Below, in pieces: positions 39,701 to 48,552 of a stretch of DNA of 64,000 nucleotides; the first letter of the stretch is position 1, and the number at the start of each line of letters is the position of its first letter. The notes under the pieces were generated by a model that did not search any database, was not told the origin of the DNA, and saw nothing but the letters and a program-made list of their open reading frames with translations. A program made the translations under genes and the position numbers. The stretch comes from Planctomycetota bacterium (lineage in GTDB: Bacteria; Planctomycetota; UBA1135; UBA2386), in contig OZ245838.1 in the NCBI GenBank assembly GCA_965228735.1, positions 6,048,001 to 6,112,000 of the forward strand, written 5' to 3'.

Positions 39701-39796
39701 GAGGCCAGCTGTCCGAACGGTCGGCGCTACGAAGGGGAGTTCGAGGTCGAGCTCACGGACGAGACCCCGAGGTTCGAGTTCGAACCCCGGCGTTGA
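36710..39796 (+). CDS. ECF sigma factor fused to a TM helix and repeated carboxypeptidase-regulatory-like domains
   Basis: AEDLVQQTFL, FPWLVGILTN (region 2); GLNAKEIA..LGRPAGSVRTQL.RG (region 4); TM helix near aa 225; repeated TD..GRF motifs. Confidence 0.88.
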   Translation: MWPISEDRLFERFRRRRDGASLAAVFDRVAPALQRVASHLCRDPHAAEDLVQQTFLAAIERAERWDPERGLFPWLVGILTNRARLHRRAEQRTPVAERLSQPAVEQPDDAAERRELEAAVDAAIAELGDTYRPVLHLHLLHGLNAKEIAAALGRPAGSVRTQLVRGLTRLRAALPVGLGVALASSASLLAMRQRLLDALPAADAAGAASLAATLMIGGSMVKKWTLLGIVLLFGVVAGWQAVGSPGAFEPAGAGAAQLDVSAVDVKRHGAGAVNDANGVGDRDVSRTLAGPLRDSAATPGSIEVRCQAALALPDGSAAEEGLAGAWVQVRGVGQGWRDRRFGADTDADGVARFADVPAGEWHVVAVLGVLRQSSTIVLEPGRSLDIELTFDSVTGVDVHVVDEGHRPVADAEVWVALGIGLRRVRPMEVTTRMAGRTDGNGKVRVAAGPVAHIGARKAGYSASLTARTELASTGPLTLVLRSGGGAIDGEARDERGRAIAGARVFLSPVIDDAGGNFRTADGSPGLPPTGIRVDADEHGRFTIDGLAAARYRCIAIAPGALDAELEVEVRDHERSPAAFVLQASTELHGLVVRRGGQPAPGLDVTCRALDGRRFPWSSARTDEQGHFTIDVPRAGYHVMVERGERMLAEARSQAVLTGPVEVELTVTEERLASGRVIDERGEPMADWYVVGMPDGERSLLDVMRAGHRDCARTDSAGRFELWGTPTGAFTVAAVARLGGRYHDLPPPQLHGVVVGSADLELVVPDRWLSRATIAARVVDAEGQVIATAEVALMTQSDAAVACEQGQVRCTAVTYGEQRLHVTAAGYGTVSVKTVVEGPAIDLGDIVLQRAVELRVRPRLPAGQPWRGPLPRPWLKHGDGGLVASQEAQVEGGIFVFRCLPPGSYRIVPHFRDSVAASPLPLELRAGVPLTLDWPVQAGFRVALEFTEDPATPIDPQVVLTITVRNARGEIALHEAQPRGSNPGWLVLQPLAAGRHRVEASCPNGRRYEGEFEVELTDETPRFEFEPRR

Positions 39797-39800
39797 GCCG

Positions 39801-40919
39801 CTACTGCCAGTCCGACCGGAAGCGCAGGATGTGATCCCGCACCTTGCGATACACGGCACCCGTCGCGCGCACGTCGTGGCGGTTGTAGTCGGCGATCTTG
39901 ACGATCTCGCCCGCGGCGTAGGCGGGCGCGACCATCGAGCCGTCCATGTGCTCCTTCGGGCTCTCGATGCCGAGCGCCCAGCACACGACGTCGAGCTTGC
40001 TCGGGCCGCGGCCGCGTTGCGTGAGGATCTCGAAGAGGTCGAGGTGCGGCTTGAGCGAGAAGCGGTTGCTCACGAGGTCGACGCGCGCCGGGATGCCGTG
40101 GACGAGGCTGCGCGTGACGACGAACGGCACGTCGAAGCCGCGGCCGTTGAACGACACGACGACCTCCGCGCGGCTGCACAGCGCCCAGAACGCGCGCAGC
40201 ACGTCGGCTTCGCTCATGAAACGCAGCCACGGCGGACAGTCGTCCTCGGGCAGCTCGAAACCGGGCGGTGGCACCGCGAGGACGGTCACGTCGCCTTCGG
40301 GACTGTCCGGATCCGCATCGCCGTCGCCGACCGCGATCGACGCGACCTGGCCGAAGAACGGACTCATGCCCATGAACTTCTTGGCCTCGGCCTCGATGAG
40401 ATCCGGCTCGCTGTGCTGGCGCGCCGCGAACCCGTTGAGCGCGTCGGCGACCGACTCGGGCAGGTCCTTGCGCTGCACGGCCGGCACGGTCTCGATGTCG
40501 AACACGAGCGTGCGGCAGCAGAGGTCTTCGACCAGCGCGAGTGCCGGGTCCTCGATCTGCGACAGGTCGAGGCCGGGCGGCGCGTCCTCGGGATCGATCA
40601 CGCGCAGCCGCTCGACGATCAGCTGCTTCTGCCCCTTGTAGGTGTTGATGTAGCCGAGCACCTTCACGATCGCGTTCACGGGCGCGTCGGTCGCCGCGTC
40701 GATCGCCTTCTCGTGGTCGCCCCAGATCTTGCCCGAGAGCGTCGCGTCGCGGTCGGCGAGGTCGAGCACGGCGAACGGTTTGCCGTTCTTGGCCTCGAGG
40801 CGCTTGGCCGACCGCAGCTGCGCGAACGCGATCCAGCGCTGGTCGCCCTCGGTCTCGCTGAGCAGCGCGGAGAGGTTGTCGGCGAGCGGGATCGCTTCCT
40901 GTTGTTCGTCGTTGTTCAT
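39801..40919 (-). CDS. OB-fold plus DEDD 3'-5' exonuclease (PolB-exo/RNase H-like) protein
   Basis: N-terminal KNGKPF..L.LAD.....GKIW..VKV.G....YKG.KQ; C-terminal VFDIET, SFNGRGFDVPF, HLDL, YNRHD. Confidence 0.8.
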   Translation of the reverse strand: MNNDEQQEAIPLADNLSALLSETEGDQRWIAFAQLRSAKRLEAKNGKPFAVLDLADRDATLSGKIWGDHEKAIDAATDAPVNAIVKVLGYINTYKGQKQLIVERLRVIDPEDAPPGLDLSQIEDPALALVEDLCCRTLVFDIETVPAVQRKDLPESVADALNGFAARQHSEPDLIEAEAKKFMGMSPFFGQVASIAVGDGDADPDSPEGDVTVLAVPPPGFELPEDDCPPWLRFMSEADVLRAFWALCSRAEVVVSFNGRGFDVPFVVTRSLVHGIPARVDLVSNRFSLKPHLDLFEILTQRGRGPSKLDVVCWALGIESPKEHMDGSMVAPAYAAGEIVKIADYNRHDVRATGAVYRKVRDHILRFRSDWQ

Positions 40920-40939
40920 CGTGCCGTCCGATCAGCGAC

Positions 40940-42127
40940 TCAATCCGCCGTGGCCCACTGAGCGAGCCGGTCGACGCCCTTCTCCAGCGCCGGCATCGCC
41001 GCCGCGTAGCTCAACCGCACGAAGCCCGGGATCGCGAACGCGCTCCCCGGCACGCCCGCGAGCAGGTGATCGTCGAGCAGCTGGTTGCACGCTGCGACAT
41101 CGTCGATGCCGCGCCGTGCACAGATTTCCCGCGCGTCGACGAGCGCGTAGAACGAGCCGCGCGGCGTCTGCAGCGCGAGCCCCGGGATCTGGTTGATGCG
41201 ATCGACGAGGAAGCGCCGCCGTTCGTCGAACGCGGCCATGCGGTTCGTGTGCTCGTCGGGCAGCGGCGTGTTGCACGCCGCGAGCATCGCCGCCTGACTG
41301 ATCGTGCACGGGTTGCCGAGCACCTGACTCTGCATCTTGGCGCACGCCTCGATGAGCGGAGCGGGCGCTGCCATGAAGCTCGTGCGCCAGCCCGTCATCG
41401 TGTGGCTCTTGGTGAAGCCGTTCACGACGACCGTGCGCTCCTTGCCGCCGGCGATCGCGGCAGCGCTCGCGTGCTCGGCGTCGTCGTAGAGCAGCGTCGC
41501 GTAGATCTCGTCCGCGACGATCCAGAGCCCGGCGGCCGTCGCGGCGTCGACGATCGCGGTGAGCTGCGCCCGGGTCGGCACGGCGCCCGACGGGTTGTTG
41601 GGGTAGTTGAGGATGATGCCCTTGGCGTCGTGTTCTTGCGCCGCGGCGGCGATCGCGTCACCCGTGTGCACGAACCCGGCCTCGGGCACGGGCGCGACGA
41701 CGGCGGGTTCGCCGCCGGCCACGCGAACGAGCGCGGGGTACGACACCCAGTAGGGAGCGAGGAGCAGGACCTTGTCACCGGGCTCGACGAGCGCCGACAG
41801 GGCCAGGTGCAGCGCGGCCTTCGCGCCGGCCGTGACCATGACCTCCGCGGCCGAATACTCGAGGCCGAACTCACTGCTGAACCACGCGGCGCCGGCCGCG
41901 CGCAACGCCGGCGTGCCCGCGGCGGCCGTGTACCGGTAGTCGCCGGCCTCGATCGCCCGGATCCCGGCCGCGGTGATCGGCGGCGGCGCCGGGAAGTCCG
42001 GTTCGCCCGCGCCCAGCGACACCACGTCGAGGCCGTCGGCCTTCATCGCGGCCGCGCGGGCCGAGATCGCCAGCGTCGGCGAGGCTTCGATGCCGCGGGC
42101 GAGTGAGTTGGGGGCGAGGCCGCTCAT
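40940..42127 (-). CDS. PLP-dependent aminotransferase class I/II (aspartate aminotransferase-like)
   Basis: GAGEPDF, NYPNNPSG, DEIY, GFTKSHTMTGWR. Confidence 0.93.
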   Translation of the reverse strand: MSGLAPNSLARGIEASPTLAISARAAAMKADGLDVVSLGAGEPDFPAPPPITAAGIRAIEAGDYRYTAAAGTPALRAAGAAWFSSEFGLEYSAAEVMVTAGAKAALHLALSALVEPGDKVLLLAPYWVSYPALVRVAGGEPAVVAPVPEAGFVHTGDAIAAAAQEHDAKGIILNYPNNPSGAVPTRAQLTAIVDAATAAGLWIVADEIYATLLYDDAEHASAAAIAGGKERTVVVNGFTKSHTMTGWRTSFMAAPAPLIEACAKMQSQVLGNPCTISQAAMLAACNTPLPDEHTNRMAAFDERRRFLVDRINQIPGLALQTPRGSFYALVDAREICARRGIDDVAACNQLLDDHLLAGVPGSAFAIPGFVRLSYAAAMPALEKGVDRLAQWATAD

Positions 42128-42323
42128 CGAGCCAGTAGAACGCGCGGCCCCGGGGAAGGCAAATCGCGGTGCAGGTGCGGATTCGCCGCGCGTGGGGCCG
42201 GAGGCCGGCGGAGATGCTCGGAGCTGGGACTCCCGCTGCGCGGAGCTGGGAATAACCGGGCGAGATGGTCGTCGAAGACGGTTCGGCTGCACTGCGCGCG
42301 GAGCTAAGCTGCCGCCCCGAGGC

Positions 42324-44456
42324 ATGAGCAAGAAGACGAAGACGAAGACCAAGAAGAGCAGCAAGCGACTCCTGCGCAACATCGCCCTCGGGCTCGTTGC
42401 ACTCGTGGCGTTCCTGTTGCTGTTCGTCGTGGCGTTCATCTACAACCCGTTCGAAGGGTCGGTGCGCGACGTGCGCGACCTGGTGCCGCGCGGGGTCAAC
42501 TTCTTCGCGCGCAAGACGCTGCTCGAGGACGATTTCTACGACTTCCCCGAGCCCAAGTTCTGGGTCCGACTCACCGACACGGTCGGTTGGCAGGAGATCC
42601 TCGAGGGGCCGCTGGCGCAGCAGGCGCGATCCGCCGGGTTCGAACGGTCGGTGCAGCAGCTGCGGCAGGCAACGGAGCAGATCCAGCGCGACAGCGGCGG
42701 CTGGGTCGAGCTGCTGCGCGACCTGATCGGCACCGAAGTCGTCGTCGCGGGCTACATGCAGGACTACAGCACGGCCCCGCCGCGGCCGCTGAGTCAGCCG
42801 CACTGGTGCGCGTATGCGCGCGTCACCTGGCGCATCAAGGCCGCGCTCGGGCTTGCGGGCTTCGGCTTCGTGCAGGGGGAGATCGAGAAGAGCGGCACGC
42901 AGTTCACGACGGACGGCGACCTGTTCGTCGTCACCCCGCCGGGGCAGCAGCCGCTCTACGTTCGCCGCCATCTCGACGTGCTCATGGTCGGCAACGACAA
43001 GAGCATGTTCGAGGCAACGCAGCGCCTCATCGACGGCAACCGCGACGAAGAGCCGTTCGGTCGGATCGCGGAATACACGGACGGCGCGGTCGCGCGCATC
43101 GAGAAATGGGCCGAGGACAACTTCATCGACGAGCCCAACGTCTTCGACTACATGCTGGAGCCGAACGCGTTCGACGGGTTCCGGCGCTTCGCGTCCAACT
43201 GGCCCAACCCGGCCAACCAGGACAGCATGAACGAGCGCGTGCTCGCGTCGTTCCTCAACCTCAAGGGCTGGCGGCGGCTCGTCGGCGGCGTGATGTTCGA
43301 GCCCGGCGTGCTCGCGGCGACGGGTCAGGTCGTGCTCAACAGCAAGCAGCACAGCGCGTTCCAGAGCACGTTCTACGCGGCCGAGAGCGCGCCGCGGGAG
43401 CAGTGGCTCGATCCGTTCCTGCAGATGGTGCCGCAGTCGGCCTGCGCGGCCGTCGGCATGCGCATGCCGGTCGGCGACTTCCTGCACGCGATGTTCGCGG
43501 CGATGGAGCCGGCCGAGCGCGATCTGATCAACGAGATGATGCGGCGCACGTCGTTCCGCGGCGAACAGCTGACCGGGACGGACGACCTCATCGAGCGGCT
43601 GCGCGTCGCGTTCTTGCCGCGCGCGGGGTTCGTGTTCCGGCGCAACATCCCGGACACGTCGGTCGACGAGAACGGTGAGGCCAAGGTGCCGGTCGCGCGG
43701 CAGTCGCCCGTGCCGCAGGTCGCGTGGGTGTTCTGGCTGCGGCCCGGCATGGCGCCGATGTTCGAGGACCTGATCCTCACGCTGCGCAACAACCCGGGCA
43801 ACTTCTACATCAAGAAGGTGTGGCACCTGCGCATCCCGCTGTCGGGCGGCACGCTGACCGAGCCGGTCACCGAGTTCTGCAACGCGCAGATCCCGGGCAC
43901 GGGCGAGATCGCGATGATGGTGTTCCGCGACTTCTTCGTCTTGTCCAACTCGGGGCCGCTGATCCAGGACGTTCTGCGCACGGCCTACAGCGACGGCAAC
44001 AACCGCTCGATCCTCGACCTCGAGGACTTCGACAAGTTCGACCGCGAGACGCCGAGCGCGCTCAACGCGTTCGTCTGGCTGCACGGCGACAACCTCGTCA
44101 AGCTGCTCGACGACTACCAGCGCTTCAGCGAGGCCGACAGCGAGCAGATGGACTCGGGTTGGATGCTCGCGGTGCGCGGCGACACGGAGGAGCAGGTGCG
44201 GCGCTCGCAGTTCCCGCGTTATCCGAGCAAGGCCGCGATGCCCGAGTCGCTGCGCCGCGGCGCGTTCAACGACGCCGTCGTCCGCGCGATGCAGCAGCGC
44301 TGGAAGCGCGAACGGACGAACTTCACGGCCGAGGACCAGGCTGCGATCCGGCAGCTGCGCGGCATGGCGCAGTTGCTCGACACGGGCTACCTGCAGCTCG
44401 AGCTCATGAACAACTTCATCCGCTACCAGGTCAAACTGCTGCTCGACATCGAGTAG
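42324..44456 (+). CDS. Hypothetical membrane-anchored protein, ~710 aa
   Basis: Basic N-terminus, single TM helix, strong coding-type codon bias. Confidence 0.8.
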   Translation: MSKKTKTKTKKSSKRLLRNIALGLVALVAFLLLFVVAFIYNPFEGSVRDVRDLVPRGVNFFARKTLLEDDFYDFPEPKFWVRLTDTVGWQEILEGPLAQQARSAGFERSVQQLRQATEQIQRDSGGWVELLRDLIGTEVVVAGYMQDYSTAPPRPLSQPHWCAYARVTWRIKAALGLAGFGFVQGEIEKSGTQFTTDGDLFVVTPPGQQPLYVRRHLDVLMVGNDKSMFEATQRLIDGNRDEEPFGRIAEYTDGAVARIEKWAEDNFIDEPNVFDYMLEPNAFDGFRRFASNWPNPANQDSMNERVLASFLNLKGWRRLVGGVMFEPGVLAATGQVVLNSKQHSAFQSTFYAAESAPREQWLDPFLQMVPQSACAAVGMRMPVGDFLHAMFAAMEPAERDLINEMMRRTSFRGEQLTGTDDLIERLRVAFLPRAGFVFRRNIPDTSVDENGEAKVPVARQSPVPQVAWVFWLRPGMAPMFEDLILTLRNNPGNFYIKKVWHLRIPLSGGTLTEPVTEFCNAQIPGTGEIAMMVFRDFFVLSNSGPLIQDVLRTAYSDGNNRSILDLEDFDKFDRETPSALNAFVWLHGDNLVKLLDDYQRFSEADSEQMDSGWMLAVRGDTEEQVRRSQFPRYPSKAAMPESLRRGAFNDAVVRAMQQRWKRERTNFTAEDQAAIRQLRGMAQLLDTGYLQLELMNNFIRYQVKLLLDIE

Positions 44457-44515
44457 CCCGCCCGGCCGGTTGGGGCTGCAGGGCCGTGATTTCGGGCTGG
44501 CCGGCAAACTCCGCG

Positions 44516-44543
44516 TTGACAAGGGCGGGGCCGGGGCTAGTCT
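44516..44543 (+). promoter_or_regulatory. Sigma70-type promoter of tRNA-Leu
   Basis: TTGACA-N16-TAGTCT ending 14 nt before the tRNA. Confidence 0.65.
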
Positions 44544-44557
44544 CCTCGGCCCGACAC

Positions 44558-44644
44558 GCTCAGGTGGCGGAATTGGCAGACGCGCTAGCTTGAGGTGCTA
44601 GTGTCCTACGGGACTTGCAAGTTCAAATCTTGTCCTGAGCACCA
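44558..44644 (+). tRNA. tRNA-Leu (GAG)
   Basis: GCTCAGG/CCTGAGC acceptor stem, anticodon loop TTGAGGT, long variable arm, GTTCAAATC T-loop, encoded CCA. Confidence 0.97.
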
Positions 44645-44671
44645 CTTGCCCCACGAATCCTCGGGGCCTCG

Positions 44672-44708
44672 ACGCGACGAACGGCGACGTTCGTCGCGTT
44701 TTCTTTTT
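44672..44708 (+). terminator. Intrinsic terminator after tRNA-Leu
   Basis: ACGCGACGAACG-GCGA-CGTTCGTCGCGT followed by TTTCTTTTT. Confidence 0.9.
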
Positions 44709-44722
44709 GCGTGGCCTCGGTT

Positions 44723-46123
44723 TCACGCCGGCGCGACGGCGGCCTGCATCGCGGCCCAGAGTTCCTCGACGTGCCGGCGTTCGGTCGGCAGGGCGCCGAT
44801 GGACACGCGCACCATCCAGCGACCGTCGAGTTGCGCCGGGGTCAGCCAGCCCGCGCCGCTCTGCGTGACGCGCTCGTGCCACGCCATCGTGTGCGCGTCG
44901 AGCTCGTCGCCCGTCATGCCCGCGGGCTCGTGTCGGACGCACAGCGTCTGCAGCGGCACCGGCGCGAGCAATCGCCAGTCGTCGGTCGCCGCGACCTGCT
45001 CCGTGAGCCAGCGCGCATTGTCGAGGTCGCGCCGCAGGCGTCGTTGCAGGCGGGCGACGCCGTGCGTGCGGATCAGGCTCCACAGCTTGAGCGCCCGGAA
45101 GCGGCGGCCGAGCGCGATGCCCCAGTCGCGGTAGTTCTTCACCTGCTCGTCGACCGCGGTGCGCAGGTAGCTCGGGTTGGTGCTCATCACGCGCTCGAGG
45201 TGCTCGGGGTCACGGATGAACATGACCGAACAGTCGAACGCCGCGCCGAGCCACTTGTGCGGATTGACGACGAGCGAGTCGGCGCGTTCGGCGCCGGCCC
45301 ACAGCCGGCGGCATTCGGGCAGGATCATCGCGGAGCCGGCCATCGCGGCGTCGACGTGCAGGAACGCGCCGTGTTCGGCCGCGACATCGGCGCACGCTGC
45401 GATCGGGTCCATCGCGGTGGTCGTCGTGGTGCCCGTCGTCGCGATGATCGCGGTCGGGATCGATCCGTTCGCGACGTCCTCGGCGACCGCGCGTGCGAGG
45501 TCCGCGGGATCGATCGCGTAGTCGGCGGTCGTCTTCACCTTGCGGAAGTTGCTGCGCGAGAACCCCGCGAGCAGCACCGCCTTGTCGATCGAGCTGTGCG
45601 CGTGCGCGCTGGTGTAAACGGTCTTCTGCGTGAGCGGCGCGGCGGTGCGTTCGCGCGCGCACAACATCGCGATCAGCGAACCCGTCGACGCGGTGTCCTG
45701 GATCACGCCCTGCAGTTCGGGCGGCAACCCGAGCATCTGGCGCAACCAGTCGGTCGTCCGATCCTCGAGCTCGGTCAGCGCGGGAGCGGACTGCCACGCG
45801 AGACCGAGCACGCCGAGGCCCGTGCTCAGGAAGTCGCCGAGAACGGAACTCAGGTCGCCGTTCGACGGGAAGTAGCCGAAGAAGCGCGGGTGTTGCCAGT
45901 GCGGCAGCGCCGGCAGCAACAACTCGTCGAGGTCGCGCATCACCGCGTCGAAGCCTTCGGGTTCGACGGGTGGTTCGGCCGGCAGTCTGGCGAGCAGCTC
46001 GCCCGGTTCGGCGCTGCTGTGGATCGCCCGATCGCCGACCGAGGCCCGGTAATCGGCGATCCAGTCGACCACGCGGTGGCCGAGCTCACGGAATTCTTCG
46101 GGGCTCATCGAGGAATCGTCCAT
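44723..46123 (-). CDS. PLP-dependent aromatic-L-amino-acid decarboxylase-like enzyme (group II)
   Basis: HWQHPRFFGYFP, AHSSIDKA, HVDAAMAG, NPHKW, LGRRFRALKLW. Confidence 0.92.
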   Translation of the reverse strand: MDDSSMSPEEFRELGHRVVDWIADYRASVGDRAIHSSAEPGELLARLPAEPPVEPEGFDAVMRDLDELLLPALPHWQHPRFFGYFPSNGDLSSVLGDFLSTGLGVLGLAWQSAPALTELEDRTTDWLRQMLGLPPELQGVIQDTASTGSLIAMLCARERTAAPLTQKTVYTSAHAHSSIDKAVLLAGFSRSNFRKVKTTADYAIDPADLARAVAEDVANGSIPTAIIATTGTTTTTAMDPIAACADVAAEHGAFLHVDAAMAGSAMILPECRRLWAGAERADSLVVNPHKWLGAAFDCSVMFIRDPEHLERVMSTNPSYLRTAVDEQVKNYRDWGIALGRRFRALKLWSLIRTHGVARLQRRLRRDLDNARWLTEQVAATDDWRLLAPVPLQTLCVRHEPAGMTGDELDAHTMAWHERVTQSGAGWLTPAQLDGRWMVRVSIGALPTERRHVEELWAAMQAAVAPA

Positions 46124-46257
46124 TGGTGCGGCGCGGAACTCTGGCGATGGGAAGGGCAGTTCGCGATCGGCGGCCGCGACGGGCGCCGCGGAGACGCAGT
46201 CGTAGCGGTCCAGGGCTGGGATTGCAGCCGCCTCCGTGGCTATGCTCGCGGTCTGGC

Positions 46258-47151
46258 ATGACGAGTCCCCGCGGTATTCCGGAGTCGGAGCGGCCGTCGC
46301 CCGAGCAGATCGCGACGACGATCGCGCTGCTCGGCGACGACGCCGGTGTCGTTCAGGCGTCGGCGCGCGAGCGCCTCGTGCTCTGGGGTGACGCCGCGGT
46401 CGCGCAGCTCGAGACGGCGACCGAATCGTCGAGCATGCTCGTGCGGTTGCGGTCGCGCGCCGTGCTGCGGGCCATCGATCTGCAGAAGGACCTGCGGCGG
46501 CTCGGGCGGCTGCAGTTCGAACGCGCGGGTCGCGGGTCGGCGCCGACGCTGCTCGAGGGCTCGATGCTGCTCGCGCGGCTCGTGCGCACGTTCGTGCCGC
46601 GCACCAGCTCGGTCGCGCAACGCCTGCGCCGGCTCGGCCGCAAGCTCAAGCGCGAGTTCGTCGGCCGCAGCCTGCCGACCCGCGCGCGACTGCTCGCGGA
46701 GCGCCTGCACGACGAGCTCGGACTGTCGGGTCAGAGCCCGGGTGGTCCCGAGGCGAGCGTGCTCGAGCTCGACCACGTGCTGCCGCACCGCGTGCTCGTT
46801 GGCGGCACCGGCATCCCGGTCGCGCTGTCGATCCTCTACATGCTCGTGGCCCGCTGGGCCGGCCTGTCGGCCGCCGGCGTGGCGCTGCCCGACCACTTCC
46901 TCGTTCGCCTGCACGGCGTGCGGCCGGTGCTCATCGACCCGTTCCACGCAGGGCGCACGATCACCAAGGCCGACTGCTCGCGGTATCTGCGCGCCAGCGG
47001 GCACGATCAGGTGAAGCATCACCTGCGCGATCTCGACGATCGTGAGGTGTTGCTCTACGCGCTGCGCGCGCTGCGGCGCGCGGTCCACTACCGCACGGCG
47101 CCCGAGACCAAGAAGGCGCTTTCCCGCGCCTTCGCGCTGCTCGACGAGTGA
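46258..47151 (+). CDS. SirB1/transglutaminase-like (Transglut_core2) protein
   Basis: GIPVALSILY, GVALPDHFLVR, IDPFHAG. Confidence 0.85.
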   Translation: MTSPRGIPESERPSPEQIATTIALLGDDAGVVQASARERLVLWGDAAVAQLETATESSSMLVRLRSRAVLRAIDLQKDLRRLGRLQFERAGRGSAPTLLEGSMLLARLVRTFVPRTSSVAQRLRRLGRKLKREFVGRSLPTRARLLAERLHDELGLSGQSPGGPEASVLELDHVLPHRVLVGGTGIPVALSILYMLVARWAGLSAAGVALPDHFLVRLHGVRPVLIDPFHAGRTITKADCSRYLRASGHDQVKHHLRDLDDREVLLYALRALRRAVHYRTAPETKKALSRAFALLDE

Positions 47152-48431
47152 GGCAGCTGGCTGGGGGGCTGGCAGGAGCGATCGCAGCGCTGACGCTGCT
47201 GCTCGCTGCTGGTTGCACCGGCCTGTTCCAGCGCGCGCTGCCGAGCACGCCGCAGTCCTACGCGGTGACCGTGCCCGCGACCGGTGCCGTGCGCGTCGGC
47301 AGCGCCGAACGTGACATCACTCCGACCGTCGGTGGCTACCTCGGCGGCTTCGACCTCGCGCGCCGCAGCACCGCGGTGAACACGAAGCTCAAGGTGCGGG
47401 CGCTCGTCGTCGAGACGGGCGGGCGGCCGTTCGCGATCGTCGGCGTCGACAACCTCGGGCTGCTGCGCGAGGACGTCGACTGGCTCAAGAGCGGGCTGGC
47501 CGGCTTCCGCAACGGCGACATCTGCGTCTGCGCGAGCCACACTCACGCGGGCCCGGACCTCATCGGCATCTGGGGCTGGTACTTCATGACGACCGGGCGC
47601 GATCGCGGCTACCTCGCGAGCGTTCGCGACGCCATGGCCGCAGCGGTCGCGGAGGCGCGGCAGAACGCGGTGCCGGCGCGGTTCTCGCGCGGCACGGCGC
47701 TGTTGCCGCCGAGCGGTCTCGTGCGCAACAGCAACCGGCGCGGCGTGTTCGATCGCCGGGTCGTCGTGCTGCAGGCCCGTGCCGTCGATGACGATCGCCC
47801 GGTCGGCTCGCTGCTGCATCTGGCCTGCCACCCCGAGGTCCTGCCGCGGCGCAACACGCTGGTCTGCGCCGACTTCGTCGGGGTGCTGTGCGACGAGTGG
47901 CGCGCGCGCGGCCACGGCCAGGCCGTGTTCGTCAACGGCGCGCTCGGCGCGATGATCGCGCCCGACTACAAGCCGCGCACGCCCGCCGGTGTGCAGGAGT
48001 GCGGCAGCAAGCTCTGCGACATCGCCGAACGCGCGCTGGCTGCGGCCGAGCCGATGCCGATCGACGCGATCGAGATGCGCCGTCGTGACATCTTCCTGCC
48101 GATGGAGGCGCTCGCGTTCCGGCTCGGTCGCCTCATGACCGTGCTGCAGCGTGAGCTGCACGAGGGGTACGCCCGTTCGACGGTCGGCTACTTCCGCCTC
48201 GGTCCGTTCGAGGCCGCGCTCATCCCCGGCGAGATGGAGCCCGCGCTAGCCGAGCAATTGCGTGCGGAGCTCGGTTGCCCCGATCTACTGATCTTCGGCC
48301 TCTGCGACGACGAGGTCGGCTACCTGATGCGCAAGCAGGAAGCCCGCCACCCCGACTACCGCTACGAACACTCGATGAGTCCGTGCACGCTCGCGGGCGA
48401 AATGGTGCGAGCGGCCCTGACCGGCCGCTGA
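47148..48431 (+). CDS. Lipoprotein, neutral/alkaline ceramidase-like hydrolase
   Basis: Lipobox LAAGC; RDITP, ASHTHAGPD, ACHPE, PGE. Confidence 0.75.
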   Translation: MRQLAGGLAGAIAALTLLLAAGCTGLFQRALPSTPQSYAVTVPATGAVRVGSAERDITPTVGGYLGGFDLARRSTAVNTKLKVRALVVETGGRPFAIVGVDNLGLLREDVDWLKSGLAGFRNGDICVCASHTHAGPDLIGIWGWYFMTTGRDRGYLASVRDAMAAAVAEARQNAVPARFSRGTALLPPSGLVRNSNRRGVFDRRVVVLQARAVDDDRPVGSLLHLACHPEVLPRRNTLVCADFVGVLCDEWRARGHGQAVFVNGALGAMIAPDYKPRTPAGVQECGSKLCDIAERALAAAEPMPIDAIEMRRRDIFLPMEALAFRLGRLMTVLQRELHEGYARSTVGYFRLGPFEAALIPGEMEPALAEQLRAELGCPDLLIFGLCDDEVGYLMRKQEARHPDYRYEHSMSPCTLAGEMVRAALTGR

Positions 48432-48546
48432 TGGCGTTACCGAACCCGTTTCAAATCCGCCACGGCAGAGCAGCGGCATGCGGCGGCGGAAGGGGCGGTT
48501 GCGATGGGGCGGGAGTGGCGGATTCGAAACGGGTTCGGTACCGCCA
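48432..48546. repeat. 115-bp REPIN/MITE-like inverted-repeat element, copy 1
   Basis: 32-bp arms 48432-48463 and 48515-48546 are 30/32 reverse-complementary; 51-bp spacer. Confidence 0.85.
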
Positions 48547-48552
48547 ACGGGT

